Positions 52,301-64,000 of a stretch of 64,000 bases of DNA are shown piece by piece. The DNA is taken from NCBI RefSeq assembly GCF_006345805.1, contig NW_021832606.1, forward strand, positions 1-64,000, written 5' to 3'. The position numbers were made by a program, and so were the translations under genes. Within the stretch, counting starts at the first letter, position 1. Every line of letters begins with the position of its first letter. Under the pieces are notes generated by a model, which was given only the letters and a program-made list of their open reading frames with translations, was not told the DNA's origin and ran no database searches. The DNA is from Octopus sinensis (Eukaryota).

Positions 52301-52516
52301 ACCACGCTGTTAAAATTAATATACTTTTGGTAAGCCATTTTAAAAGATATTCAAATGTAATTTTAATTAGAATAATTGATTTTTTTTTTTTTTTTTTGAT
52401 TAATCTACACTCTTCCATATATAAATTGCTATATTCAATATTTAATACCTTTTTCTGCGTTTCCATAGAAACGTAAAAGGACTGGCTGCCCTAGCGACAT
52501 AGTCGCCCATGTGACA
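49320..52516 (-). mobile_element. Non-autonomous Ginger-like DNA element carrying a satellite array
   Basis: TATTA|TGTCACA...TGTGACA|TATTA; about 60-bp imperfect TIRs; transposase-like N-terminal remnant on minus at about 52150..52330. Confidence 0.75.
49612..52105 (+). repeat. 60-bp tandem satellite, about 42 copies, half telomere-like
   Basis: Unit TAACGTTGGCAAGTGACAACATAAATATTCAAAATCTAACCCTAAC(A/C)TTAATCCAAACCC; exact 60-bp period over 51001..51300. Confidence 0.98.
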
Positions 52517-52766
52517 TATTATCCCCGAGTTACTCGTGGTGAGGACCTTTATGATTTTTTAATTTAACAAATAATATTTGTTCTGTTTCCCATAGCATGA
52601 TTACAATTAGTATATACAATATTTTGATAAAATGCAAGCTTGAATTTCAAAATTGTACATTTGAAATTTTCAATTGCAATTAGAGATTTTAATTATAAAT
52701 TTGAAATTTATAATTGACAAATTGACTCGAAAATGGTATAGACACGCACGTTTATATACTTACTTA

Positions 52767-53235
52767 CAGTGCTGGTGGAAAAAAACCGGTTTTGAAGTTA
52801 CTAACTTTTTTGGCGGATAGCATTTATTTTTTAACTGAATTGAACTCTTTGTAGTTGATTAGATTTATAATTTTTTTTGTTTATACAAAATTTCATCAAT
52901 CGTTCAAAATTTTGAAGATTTAAATTTTTGCTTGTGAATAAAAAACCGGTTTGATTTATTGAGTGATATTTTATTTGCTGAATTTTAAGTTTTATAAGCA
53001 AATGTTAAATGCAATAATTAAAGGAAAGATCCTTGCTCTTTTTGAGTTAAATTGGGCGATAAACGATATCGCAAAACATCTAAATACTCCAAAATCGACA
53101 ATCGGAAATTTTTTTCGAAAATTCAAAAAATATGAAACTGCTGATAGGATTTCTGATTTCGGACGTCATAAAAAGCTTCAGAAAACAGACATTGAAATCC
53201 TATTACATCTTATTGAGTGCGATCCAAAAAAATCT
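52767..53235 (+). mobile_element. 5' half of the same Tc1 family as 31704..32517
   Basis: TA|CAGTGCTGGTGG TIR and a near-identical MLNAIIKGKILALFELNW...DPKKS frame; stops abruptly at a hAT fragment. Confidence 0.9.
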
Positions 53236-53750
53236 AGTAATGATTCAATTCCCCACAGGATTGACAAAATGTTAGAAAATTAACATATTTTATGAAAAAG
53301 GCTTAAAAATACTATTTTTTGCTTCAAATCGACAAAAGTCATATATGTGACAACCGACCAATTCTAATAAAATATGTCAGGTTAGTATTATTAAAAGCTA
53401 ACTTTTTAAGATATTTTGACGATCATGTTTTTCTTACAGAAGATTTATTATTTGTCAAATATTTGGAAATTGGTATATTTTTACGTAATCAAATGATTTT
53501 TGGATGACAAAAAGATTCTATTTTGAAATTTGGTTTCTTGCGCCACAAATGATGCAATGTCTATGGTTGGGAAGTATTAAAGATTTGCAGCACAATTGAA
53601 AAAATTGTTCAAATGTGATTCATATGGATTGGATTCTACATAGACATTATTTGGTTTCAAAAGCTTTTTCGTCAATTCTACATGAAAAGTGAATTATAAT
53701 CATTAAAATCATCAACAAAATTAAAGCAAACAGCAATTAGAAAATTTTGC
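53236..53750 (+). mobile_element. hAT Buster transposase internal fragment containing a putative mini-intron
   Basis: SNDSIPHRIDKM, LQIDKS..ILIKYVR|YFD..EDLLFVKYLE, CATNDAMSMVGKY. The 3' end is approximate. Confidence 0.65.
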
Positions 53751-53972
53751 GATGAGAGAAACATATGTTCGTCTTGTGCTTCGCAATAAGATTATAGTTT
53801 TGAATTTTATTACATTATAACGACTTTCAATATTATTTGACACAATCGTAAATTTTTTAACTTCCGAGGGTGATATGAATTTAACAGATTTAAATGTATC
53901 AAAAAAGAAAGAAATTGTTTATTTGACGTGGATTTTTGGAAAATTTAATTAATTTTTTTAATTTTTAATTTT

Positions 53973-54112
53973 TACTGACTAAAAGACCGGGGAAAGCCAG
54001 TTAATTATAATCCCCCGTGATCCACGATTTATGCAAGCAAAGTAGATCCTTCTGAAAGGTTCGAGTCTGCCCACAATGATCGGACTGAGACATGATGTCC
54101 CAGGGTCAGAAA
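53973..54112 (-). mobile_element. 3' fragment of the SINE family
   Basis: Reverse complement matches 61090..61240 (CCCTGGGACATC..TCTCAGTCCG..CATTGTGGGCAG..GGGGATTATAATTAACTGG). Confidence 0.75.
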
Positions 54113-55028
54113 ATTTAATGAAAATTCATTAGAGCTTCAGGGAAAGTATGTGACCTTAATAGATTGTAAAAGAATTTTTTAAATATTTATCGAATAAATT
54201 GAGCTATATAAATATAACTTGAAAAATTATTATAACATTCCCGAGTTCCACTTAATTGGTCAAGCATTTAATAATAAAAATATTAACAATTTTTTTGCAA
54301 AATTTATTAAGTATAGAAAAAGAAAATTTCATCTTGGATAATGAATTCTTTGTTGTCAAATCCAGAAGAAAATGAAAATATTCAAGTGAATTAATTATTT
54401 TAATATTCAATTTAGAATTAAAGCTATATTACAGTGCAACCCCTTATTGGAACGATTCTAGATGTGGCCTCTTCAGGTTTTGGGGCACTTTGAATTTCTA
54501 TTAGGAGTTTGTTTATTGTTGAAAAATAAACCCCGTTTTGGGGCATTTAATATTATATATTTTTTTAGTTCGAGTTTCTAAATTTTATTTTATAATAAAA
54601 AATAATAGACTAAAGAAAATTTCTGTCGAAGACAAATTAGAGATTTGCGAAGACTTTAAAAACTAAAAATATAAATCGATTATTTGAATTGATTAATATA
54701 GATTGATTAACTTTAAAAAGTGGTTTTTTGAGCAGATATTCCTGCGATAGTACGCTTCTGTAACTGTTTCTTGATCGCGTCAACCTCTCTCGCGGAGAAC
54801 TAGACACGCACGTTTATTAACTTAATGTCGCACCTTTAAGTAAAACTTACTGTTATAAAAAAAGAAATAACTTTAAAAAGTTAAAGATTGATCGATTAAT
54901 TCAAAAGTTCAAATTTGAAGACGAAATGTCAGATTTATAAATTTATTAATTGTTATTTTATTATAGATTTATGCTAAGGTACAAACCTAACATCGGGTTT
55001 GATTATTAACAATGAATTCTTTTAAATA

Positions 55029-55430
55029 CAGTGAACCCTCGCAAATTGGCCATTTTTGGTACATGAAAATTTTATGGCCAATTTAAAAAAAATCAAAACA
55101 TACACGTTTAAATTTAATTAATTCCTAATTCCTTTTTATTTGCCCGTTTCTTGCCGTTTTAGGTTTGTTTTATATTTTCTTATTGCAGTAATGAGCGAAG
55201 CATCATTTTCATTTTCCGCATTACATTAAGGTTCCCTTTCTATTCCGGTTAATCTTCTTGAAATGTCTTCTATCAAATGGATATGTGATTTTTGTATCTT
55301 CGTCGCTACTTTCTGGATCTTGATCTTCTTGTAAACAAATTTCGTCTATATTTTGATCTTCTCTGTTTGATTCGAAAAGTCTTTACTCATTAAAGGATCG
55401 AAAATATTAGTTCCATTTCAGTATCATAGT
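55029..55430 (-). mobile_element. Possible pogo/Tigger-like terminal fragment
   Basis: TA|CAGTGAACCCTCGC terminus; acidic minus-strand remnant EDQNIDEICLQEDQDPESSDED. Confidence 0.35.
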
Positions 55431-55517
55431 TAGTTAATGCACGTTCGCGTTGCCAGTAAACAAAGTTTATGGTTTCGCTTGTGCCATGTTTTTAACTATT
55501 TTTGTCGTTAGCCCCTT

Positions 55518-55930
55518 TCATCCCTTCCGTCGTCTTGCCCTCTTTCTGATTTCGTCCAGATCGTCTGCATCCTTCAATCGGCTTCCGATCGTAGCATATT
55601 CCTTTGTAAGTATTCCCGGAAGACAGTCTATTGGACGTCCTCTATATTTAGAGTATTCAGTATGGCCGAAAAATTCTTCCATGGCCATATTGCAAGGTGT
55701 TTCTTTCTTCATTCGTAAAATATGTCCAAACAGACGCCAGCGGGTTTCAAGTATATTTAGACTTATAGGCCCACAATTAGCTAATCTGTATAATTTATCA
55801 TTTGATATTTTCTTCGGCCACGAATAGCCGAGGAGTTTTCTCAGTTGACCCCTGTGGAAAGAGTCAAGTTGCTCCATGTTTTTCTTTGATGTTCCCCAAG
55901 TACCTGCGTTGTACATGAGGACATGTTCCT
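55518..55930 (-). mobile_element. RTE-like non-LTR retrotransposon 3' fragment
   Basis: YNAGTW...LDSFHRGQLRKLLGYSWPKKISNDKLY...RWRLFGHILRM...RGRP, the post-RT domain of RTE-type LINEs. Confidence 0.8.
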
Positions 55931-55981
55931 AAACATGTTCGTATCATAGTGTCCAATTATCAAATTTTCGTGATTAGATTC

Positions 55982-56404
55982 TGTCGCGACCCACGCTGGC
56001 GACCATCCTACGCTGGCGACCAGAGCGACCTTCATTGTTGACAAGCTTTCGTATTCCCCAGTGGGATTCTTGGTGAATGGCGAATGCTAGTGTCCTGATC
56101 TCCAATTCATTGTCCAGACAAATGACCAATTTGTGTTTTTGATTATTCTCGTCCTTTAGATAAAGACTATGAGTTAGGAGTCGCAAATATACCGATCATT
56201 AATAATGATAAATTGAGTCGCTTTTTTCATGCTAACATCTTTTGAGAGAAACTATAATTTTTTTTCTAAAATGACGCTAAACCATTTCTTAAAATGAATT
56301 TTTTCCGGTTTAAATATCAAACTAATCACCTGTCAAACTGAAGGTCATAACCTGTCAAACTGATGGTCGCCAGCGTGGGATGGTCGCCAGCGTGGGTCGC
56401 GACA
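55982..56404 (-). mobile_element. Ginger-like MITE with TGT...ACA termini and 5-bp TSD
   Basis: GATTC|TGTCGCGACCCACGCTGGCGACCATCC(T/C)ACGCTGGCGACCA ... ACA|GATTC; TIR of about 41 bp with one mismatch; internal integrase Zn-finger-like remnant IHQESHWGIRKL. Confidence 0.85.
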
Positions 56405-57599
56405 GATTCATTTAAAATATTAAAACAATTTTAAATTGTTTCAGTAGATACGTCACCCCAACCCATATTAACAAACAAAATTGCATCTTTTAATGTTAAA
56501 TTTTGTATAAATTGTATACAGAAACATTTTTAGTTTCGAGTAAATCATTTAAGTATTGTAGCTTTCTTCTCATGAAATGAGTTTTGAATGTTTTTATAAT
56601 TCCGATAGTAATCCAGTAGAATTGTAGTAAAAATAAAATCTTAATACAATCCAAGTTTTGAAGAAAACAATGTGCAGGACAGTGGTCTATTAATAATAAA
56701 ATTTTCTTCTTTTTAATTTTAAGCTGAATATTAAGCTAAAAATCCATTCAATAAAAATAGATGAGGTCATCTAAGATTTCTGTGAGCTGTAATGAGACTA
56801 GACATCCATAGTCAAAATTTCTAAAGAATCTAGGCATTTTTGATTTTTAAAACTGGTTTTAATTTATGACTTCCGGTCATATTTGAAAAAGCATAATAGA
56901 CACACGGTCTTTAAAATTTTTATATTCTTGAATCAATTTTTAGATATGCTTTACGGTGGAATAAGCTTGTAGTATTGTGCAGTTTCATCCAGATCGGTTA
57001 AAGGTTCCATGCATGCGGATGTCTTAATCGGCCATAAAACAAAAATGGGGTGACAAGATAGAGCAGAAGAGACACATGACTTTGTCTGGATTAGTTAGTT
57101 CTTTGGTAAAATGTTCTCTTTCTGTCTTATTTTTTGTTTACATTTGCGGTAGGGCTATTTAACGATTCAGATAATAGATTTGATCAGTCTTATACAATTT
57201 AGCAATTTCTTAAAATTCTTGACGAAAAGAATTAATGCCAATTACTTTATCAGTTCGCATCTATCTGTGTAATTTTAGCATTCTAAAATCATGCCTCTTT
57301 TTGAATTTTGCCAGAAATCCGTTATAATTTTTAAAGTAGTAACTCTTCGGCAAAATGCGCAGCCTTACACGATATTAAAAAATCATTCAAAAAACCGATA
57401 GAAATTAATACTTTTAGACTCTATTGTATCCATCTATTCGACCAATTTTTCTTTAAGCGTAGGAAATTTTGGTTTGTGAGCAGCTTTAAAAAAATTTGGA
57501 TAGATTGTCGAATCCCGTATAATAGACATTCAGGCTAATCAAAAAGATACACTCGAATATCGAATCATCACATTGTTGAATAGTATAAAATAATCATAA

Positions 57600-59342
57600 C
57601 TATCCCTTAATAACTGCAACGGGACACAACTTGACACACTTATTGCTGATTTTAGCCGCATGACACGTGTCGACGACAGCTGACACATCCTTATATGACT
57701 CGGGGGCCTCCTCCATCACCAGCTTGGGAGAGGCAACACGGACGGCTATCCCCTTCCGCCTCATCGCCTCCAAAACGTCCTCAAACGCCAAACACCTCCT
57801 GGCCTTGGAGCGGGAGAGAGCCCTGCCCTGCACACTCACACACAAGGCAGACCGCCCCGTGACATGTCGTCCCAAATGTCTCCTCAAACCCCGTGTCCGT
57901 GCCCGTGAGGACATAACTGCATGTCCCCATCGTCCCCCCTATCAGAATGGGCTGGCCAGTCAGCTGATAGTCCACGGGGATGAGAGGGTGGTGTGGCGGG
58001 AATGCCCTCGTCGACCCCTTCCGATGGACCAACAACTCCATTTGTTTGCCCTCAACCACATGTTCTTCCAACTTGGCAATATTGTGGGACACATCGTACA
58101 CCACGTGCATATCCAAATCATCCGCGGTGGTCGAAAATACTTTAGAAAATGCCTCCGACTAGTCCACCACCACAACCTGTCTGGCCAGGAATGTCATGGT
58201 CGACCGATTGACCCAGGCATAGTTGGCAGCCCCCGCCATGGCCTTCAAATAGTCCTGTCCTTCCGACGAGTGGATTCTCGCACACGCCAACTGTCGGTCA
58301 TTCACCTGAATATTGTCCCGCCGCATTGACTTGTCCATCTCCACCAGGGCGTCTACAGTCAGTGGAGGACACACCTGTGGCCACTTGGTGACCCAATCCT
58401 CGACTCCCACTGTGAATCATCACACAGATCTGCCCCACTCGCCCAATCCCCATCTTCGAGGCACTCCACTTGTCGTATATCTCCTCCACACACTGAATCT
58501 CCGCGTAGTGATTCCCAGCCCCCAATGTCCCCAACTGAGGCAGTCCCCTCTTCTTTGCCTTCGAACTGACCTTTCCCGGGTCTGCCTGCAACATCCGCCC
58601 ACTTTCCTCGCAATGTTCCTTGTCCTCTGCCCACGAATAGCCTTGTCGGACACTCCAATCCATCCCCATCAGCAGAGAATCCTCCAAATCTCTGGGATTA
58701 ACCAGAATGGCACTTTGGAGTCATTGGGACAATTCCACGTGACCCCACCCCCACTGGGATGTGGTCGAACAGTGCTTGGGCCAGTTGTTCCTTCACTGGT
58801 TCCACGTCCTCCACGCTCAGATTGGTTCGTATTAGCCGAATTCCGCAGTTTATGTCGAAACCAACTCCGCCGGGAGAAACGACTGCTTTTTCGTCTTTCA
58901 CGTCGAAGGCTGCCGTGTTTCCTAGTGGGTTATTTGTTTTTTAAACCAATTGCAAATCCATATCCGGAATGGACGTCTGGGAGTCCTATTGACCTCTAAA
59001 ATAATAATGCCCCACATCGAACAAAATAATTTAAATATTTATTAAATTAATTTTTGTATAAAATAAATAACTTACCCCTACAATTCCTGGAAGGGATGCG
59101 ACATTGGCTATTTGCTTGATGGAAGGCAGGAACCCCCCGACTCCTTCGTACTGGCAGAAATGTCTCAATTCTGACAAAACCAACTCTTCGAGTGATTTGT
59201 TGACGTAGAGGAGACCTTCCACCTATTTGTGAAGGGGGTTAATAACATTCATGTTGGGCTGCATTCCTTTCAATATACGCCAGGAATAATTGTTCTTCTT
59301 TTCTAGATATTTAAGTTCTTCCTCGTATGTGCGCACAACCAT
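57600..59342 (-). CDS. RTCB: tRNA-splicing ligase RtcB (eukaryotic RTCB/HSPC117), multi-exon
   Basis: [111 protein letters not shown]. Confidence 0.97.
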
Positions 59343-60041
59343 CAAGACCACGACATTTTATTATAAATAAATATTTTCATTTTAATTAAATGAAAAAATA
59401 ATTTTCAATATCTACAGGTTTTGAAATTTCCACCAAATACTTTTCCACGTTTATTTGAAGTTCTGTTTTTATTTGAAATTCGTTTATTTGAACCACTCAA
59501 TGTTAGAACTTTTGGTAGAACAATGAGTAATGGAGTATATTGTTGAAACAAAACAATCCCAATTAAATCATATGTGACATTCGTTACGCATGGGCTACAT
59601 TTTTTGACCTTATAGATTCAAAATCTGATTACCACAAATATTATTTTTATATACCAATTCAATATGGCGTCGTTGAGTTGACTCTGACTACTCTCTCTTA
59701 CCTACCCTATCTGGCATCTAACCTTAGTCTTAAATTCCATATAACGCCAGGAATCAAAAATGGCGGATTCGAGAGAGTTTACTTCAACTATTTTTTGTAT
59801 TGATTTAAATTATTTTTGTTCATGTACTTCAATAATATAAAAAGTTGCTTTTAACGTTGGTGAACCTAAACCGATTGCAAAAATTTTTAGCATTCTACAT
59901 TTGATTCGCGTAATGGTTTTTTAGAGCAGTCTTTCTCAACACTTTTTTAATTGTGACTCCCAAAATGCTCCAAAAAAATTACAGAGACCCCCTATATCAA
60001 TTTTATCTTAATCAAGAATTGAATCAAATCTAATAATTATA

Positions 60042-60492
60042 GGGTTTTCGGATCAATATAATAATTTTTCGAACCAATATAATAACTTTTCGAATCATAT
60101 AAAAATTTTTCGAACCAATATAATAATTTTTCGAATCAATATAATAATTTTTCGAATCAATATAATAATTTTTCAAATCAATATAATAATTTTTCGAATC
60201 AATATAATAATTTTTAAATTCAAAGAAATTCAAAGAAAAAAAGATCAAAAAGAGTAAATTATCGTTATTCTTGAATCACTTCAGAATTTGAGCATCTATT
60301 CAAATACGTTAACATCTTTCTGTAGAAGGATCCGCAATGTTCACTTGTTAAGCTTTATCATTATGCAAAGCTTCCAGATTTCTAAAATTTGTTGCATATT
60401 GTCTTCTGCTTTCTATAGTTGAAACTGAGTTTCTTCTTGGTTCGAACAATTATTATATGATTCGAAAAATTATTATATTGATCCGAAAACCC
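60042..60492. mobile_element. Nested foldback-like element whose TIRs are built from 21-bp repeats
   Basis: TA|GGGTTTTCGGATCAATATAATAATTTTTCGAA...TTCGAAAAATTATTATATTGATCCGAAAACCC|TA; 8 units in the left arm and about 2-3 in the right. Confidence 0.75.
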
Positions 60493-60966
60493 TATAATTA
60501 AGCTGCCTAATGGACTTTTGTTTTTGCATTTTAGAGATTAAAATATTAATGTTCGGTTTTGTCTCAGATAGGCATACGCAAATCATCTACTTTAAGACGG
60601 TTTCGATACTTTGACTTTTATTATGCAAGATGTGACATTGGCATTTTTCACATTTTATAACTTCTCTGATGCTATTGAACTGAGTAGTGGATATACAGTT
60701 CTTAGTTTTTAAACGATGTCAATGCACTTTGGGAACTTTTTAATTCAAAAAGGGATTCTTGAGTTTTGAGATTGTCATCCACATTTATGGGAGAAAGGAA
60801 GAGATTTACAATCCAATCAGGAACAGAATTTTGTACAGGAAAATAATTTTCAAATTTTTCAACAAGATTTGCATGATGTTCATCAATAATTTCCAATAAA
60901 GAATTATCGGATCTGTATTTTTATAAAAAGTTTCAGCACGAGGATACATTGATATATTTAATTTCA

Positions 60967-61265
60967 AACCTTCCTTCCTTCCGGTCTTAGCGTGGTCTTA
61001 GTGTGGCGTTATGGGGTCCACCATGTCAGTTGGAAAATTCCATTCGGATATGGCAACGCTCAGGAGGCACTTAATGCCTACCGAAAAAGGACTTCTAGAT
61101 CTCTGGCCCTGGGACATCGTCGTCTCAGTCCGTTCATTGTGGGCAGGATCGAACCTTTCAGAAAAGATCTCCCTTGCATGAATCGGGGGATCACGGGGAT
61201 TATAATTAACTGGCTTACCCTGGTCCTTTGGTCAATAAAAAAGTGTTAAAAAGTGTTAAAAAAAG
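60967..61265 (+). mobile_element. 5'-truncated SINE-family copy
   Basis: Shares GGCACTTAAT..CCGAAAAAGGACTTCTAGA and GGGGATTATAATTAACTGG with 30090..30260; tail (AAAAAGTGTT)2. Confidence 0.75.
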
Positions 61266-62299
61266 TTTATTTCTCCACAATATAATTTATTTTTGAATGC
61301 AATGATTTTTCATTTAATTCAATTGAAGACATATATTTGCTCATAAATTTATAAATATAGTTAACTTTGCAAAGATAAATTAAAATCATTCAAAATAGAA
61401 AAAAATGTCGGTTAGATAGAATAATTTTTTTGGAATTTCATTAATTTGAATAAATAAAAATGATGATTATCTTTCAAAAACATTGGAATAGCATCAGACA
61501 ACTCAACAACTCTTGTCAAAGTCTTTCCCGGGAAAGTCATCTGACTTCTGAATGATATAACAAAATTGAATGTTCTGAACCAAGTTCTTGTGACAGCTTT
61601 TGAAAAATTTCATGACTAACTGCTCTTGAACAAATAGTATTAATTATTTTTATCATTTGATCAAGGACAATCTTCTTTTTTACATGTGCAACAAATCCTG
61701 ATCGATATCCAGGTATTGAAGGAGCTCCGTCAGTACAAATTGATCCGAATTTATTCTATTCAATAGAATTAAGTTCTACAACAAAAATATCCTAACCTCG
61801 TCTTCTTCCATTAAGTTCGATACAAAAAAGAAAATCCTAAACGATCTAGTTTGCCTATATAAAAACTACAAAAGAAACCAACTGACAAATCCAAGTTATA
61901 TCGATCGATTTATCGAACTGGATGCTTTTCAGGAAAGAACTGCAGTTAATACGATGAACAATCTGAGACAAGATGTCACCAGAAATATCTTGAATTCTTC
62001 GAGAAATTGTATCATTTGACAAAGAGACCTCCTTGAATCTAAATATAGAATCGGAGCCAAGTAAAATTTTGGTCATTGAAATAATAGAAGGTTTTATTAC
62101 AAGTTTCTAGGAATGCAAATATAGATTTGTGAAAAAGATCGAGAATTTTACAATAATCTAGATTCACTTGATTGTTAAAAATTTTACTTCTTTTCTGAAT
62201 GAAAAGTTTCATTTAGATCTTCAAAAGGTACCAATGGCCTGACTGAAAAAATAATTAATCTTAATATTTTTTTGTAAAAATACATTATTCTTCGAGATA

Positions 62300-62750
62300 C
62301 TTCACAGGATCGGCTCAAGCAGAGGGAAGTTGAAAAGTATCACAAGTATGATCTACTGGCAAGTGAGCTTTCGCTTCTGTATAGTTGTAAGTTAAAATAA
62401 TTCCTGTGGTTATGAGATGGGATGAAGTTGTCTCGAAATGCTTCAAAAATTATATGAAGAAACTATCTATTGGAGCAGGAACGAGGACATACATCCAATC
62501 CGTTGTACTGAAAAGAACGCTCGAGAGTATGATGATCGAACACAAGCACGGAATGAAGGTATCTGGTGAAGAATACGCTTTTGTTCCAACCGGCTTGTGG
62601 AGATGGCATGCAAAAATGAAGACAACCTAATGAATGCTAAAGAAGATGCAATGGTTAAATCAGATGTGGTAATGGGGAGTAAGAGACAGCTGGAAATAGG
62701 CTCTTCTTCCAAGAGAAGGAGAGTGGATATCAGCAAGCTGGAGTGAGATC
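62300..62750 (+). mobile_element. R4-like retrotransposon 3' fragment
   Basis: LKQREVEKYHKYDLLASEL, IIPVVMRWDEVVSKCF, TYIQSVVLKRTLESM; same family type as 7308..8930. Confidence 0.8.
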
Positions 62751-62989
62751 TGTTTAGTTTCTGATTTACTATTAATTTATTATTGTTCATTGTTGCGTTT
62801 AGAAGAATAGGTTCTTCAAGTTAATCTATTATTAAAATAGTATCATTTGTTCAAGGTTAAGATTTGTCGGACTGACCTTCAGGTCAATGACAGCCTGAAT
62901 CGATCTACACATATATTTTGACTTCCTAATTCTTATCTGGTTTAAAAAATTAAGATTTTCCAAAGTAAAATATAATCGGTTGCCCACGT

Positions 62990-63215
62990 CACATATTACG
63001 ACAATCATTTTTATTTACAAAAATTTACAGAAATAAATATAATCCCCCGGGAAAAGTCAATGGGAACTATTCCGAGACCAACTGTCTTCTCGGTCAAGAA
63101 TACGACGACTTTATTAGAGACCATCTTGCTCAAAAAATAAACCCACAAATCAAACTACTGTCCTTTTATGAAAGTCAGTTAGTGTCCTAAATGTGCTTTT
63201 GATTCCTCAAAAAGT
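62990..63215 (-). repeat. Dispersed repeat, inverted homolog of 48220..48425
   Basis: ATTCCGAGACCAACTGTCTT and flanking blocks match in reverse complement. Confidence 0.7.
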
Positions 63216-64000
63216 ACATAGAAAGGAATTTTTGACATAATAATACTTTATCACTACATCTAATATCAATGGTGTCACTAAAAACCGCATTTTTGATTTA
63301 AATTATAGTTCTGAATAAACTGAGTGCATTTAATGGAGAATCAAATCCAGTCATGATTTTTACCAAAAAAAGCCGAACAGCGTCCAGTTTATTGGCTAAA
63401 CAAATCCTCAATTTACTTGAAATCCGATAGATCCAAGAATATTGACAGGTCACTTGTGTTAGTCATCAATCAATCAAAAACAAAAAAGGCGGAGTTTCTT
63501 TCAATAAGAAATGTGACGCGAGCATGTTCGTTCGAACTGAGCAAAATCAATCATATAAACACAATTGTTTCAATTTAACTTTGATTAATGACCTCGAAGA
63601 ATTAAATTATCATAATTACTTTTTATCTCAAGTTACAAATCCATTCACATTTTTGAAAATATCTTATCCAGCAAAATCAAAGATAAAAAACAATTCAGAA
63701 ATGATCAAATTACTGTTTCGATGAAACAAACAAATTAAATTAGCGAAACATCCAGCAGAGAAGCTATTGATTTTGACAATATCGACAAAACAGACTGCTA
63801 CTAAGGACTAATTAAACTTGAAACGAACCAAATAAAACTGCCACAAGAGTAAAGAAAAGAATAATATTAAGAAACATTTGTCATATTAATTGACAGCACA
63901 ACATGAGTTATTTGTTCTCCTCTTTTTTTGTTTTTTTGGAAGAGGATTTACTGCATTTTCATCAGGGGGGTTTTGAGAGGCGTCATTCTCTTCTGCGGGC

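Larger units (their letters stand above)
59927..62200 (-). mobile_element. Degraded hAT Buster transposon with nested insertions
   Basis: Terminus CAGTCTTTCTCAAC after TTTTAGAG (nnnTAnnn target); LSNDTISRRIQDIS, CTDGAPS..GYRSGFVAHVKK, KFENYFP, KSKYRNRL..LSETKPNI. The other end was not located. Confidence 0.8.

Noticed and set aside
57600-59342. Bacterial RtcB RNA-repair or defence module
   Set aside because: The gene is intron-containing, has the eukaryotic RTCB N-terminus, and has no rtcA/rtcR neighbours.
62975-62998. Further Ginger terminus (GGTTGCCCACGTCACA|TATTA)
   Set aside because: It resembles the 49320 TIR, but no partner end or matching TSD could be found in the window.

Overview
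Eukaryotic, not prokaryotic, DNA from a very compact animal-type genome. GC-richer genes with GT-AG introns of about 20-30 nt sit in AT-rich spacers full of transposon debris. The intron size and divergent metazoan gene set suggest a reduced parasite such as a dicyemid or myxozoan (inference). Recognisable genes: RTF2, WDR88-like, a 2-EF-hand protein, a LIV-1 ZIP transporter, CRAMP1, an AAK1/BMP2K-like kinase, ATG5, ASCC3, LARS2, NOC2L, SLC25A51, DPY30, TBCK, an NHA/SLC9B antiporter, NEDD8 and RTCB. There is also a solitary 5S rRNA gene and a decayed CNG-channel pseudogene. Mobile elements include R4-like, CRE-like and RTE-like non-LTR fragments, a tRNA-derived SINE family, and Tc1, hAT-Buster, pogo-like and Ginger-like DNA elements. 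Most notable: (1) a 3.2-kb TGT...ACA element with a perfect 5-bp TSD carrying about 42 copies of a 60-bp half-telomeric satellite; (2) a duplicated, splice-compatible alternative last exon of the NAD+ carrier SLC25A51; (3) a retroelement flanked by a long direct repeat that duplicates the CRAMP1/AAK1 promoter region and the kinase start; (4) host-sized mini-introns inside transposase genes. All gene models were spliced by eye, so boundaries are approximate where stated.
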